From the IMG/VR virus record IMGVR_UViG_3300028608_000006, positions 62,001-126,000 of that record: a stretch of 64,000 nt of DNA. One strand, written 5' to 3'. Positions 63,761 to 64,000 of the stretch are shown here, in pieces. The notes beneath the pieces are model-generated. The model searched no databases and had not been told where the DNA came from. It worked only from the letters and a program-made list of their open reading frames with translations. How positions within the stretch are numbered: the first letter of the stretch is position 1; each line of letters opens with the position of its first letter. The translations under genes were made by a program, and so were the position numbers.

Positions 63761-64000
63761 TTAGGCCATCCGCGCGGTTAGTCGGGGTGACCTCACTAGG
63801 GATTCCAGCTGAACGATCTCCATCAGATCTCGCTCACGCTTTCCCGGTTTACGGTTAGGCATGTTTGCCAGGTGCCGTTTCTGGATTAGCATTTCCCGTG
63901 CGCTGTAACAATACACGCCGTCAATGCATGCTAACCCGGTATCTTCGCTCAATTCGTGTAGATCGATAAACGGATCGTACACTATTCGCGGGCTTACGTT
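63761..64000 (-). CDS. 3' part of another nucleotidyltransferase-family paralog; 5' end lies beyond the window
   Basis: IDGVYCYSAREMLIQK...R.P.K...D matches VNGVRVYSLDDLIRQK...R.P.K...D of 52265; the frame is open to base 64000. Confidence 0.7.
   Translation of the reverse strand, partial: NVSPRIVYDPFIDLHELSEDTGLACIDGVYCYSAREMLIQKRHLANMPNRKPGKRERDLMEIVQLESLVRSPRLTARMA

Noticed and set aside
1-64000. CRISPR array, tRNA, rRNA or structured ncRNA
   Set aside because: No regularly spaced direct repeats or cloverleaf/T-loop context were found by eye, and intergenic gaps are short and explained by promoters and hairpins. tRNAscan and Infernal were not run.
1-64000. Alternative genetic code (stop reassignment)
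   Set aside because: Known proteins (ligase, GroEL, RNase H, helicase) are full length under the standard code, and gene packing is dense.

Overview
The window is a 64 kb segment of a phiKZ-like (Chimalliviridae-type) jumbo phage genome. The host is probably a gammaproteobacterium such as Pseudomonas (inferred from gene content, not verified). Layout: two plus-strand, late-type blocks sit within long minus-strand runs of small early-type genes. The first block (896-4826) holds an intein-containing SF2/SNF2 helicase and a head-protein paralog. The second (9833-21984) holds a collagen-repeat tail fibre and a phiKZ gp131-like paralog array ending in a Kelch propeller. The minus-strand genes are driven by a repeated promoter, TTTCA(A/G)(A/G)CCTA(T/C)ATTAC. 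Recognisable enzymes are a GroEL-like chaperonin, an HslV/Ntn-type protease, a 2OG-Fe(II) oxygenase, a GNAT acetyltransferase, a nucleotidyltransferase, an Acb1-like 2H phosphodiesterase, RNase HI and an NAD-dependent DNA ligase. The most notable unexplained structure is: (i) a 20-residue W-x14-A motif repeated about 12 times across 8 early ORFs; (ii) an early membrane-anchored protein built from the same modules as the tail fibre; (iii) four tandem beta-solenoid paralogs between rnhA and ligA; (iv) a three-member nucleotidyltransferase family including a degenerate copy; (v) a class-3-type intein. All assignments come from manual motif reading; no database searches were run. No tRNA, rRNA or CRISPR array was seen.
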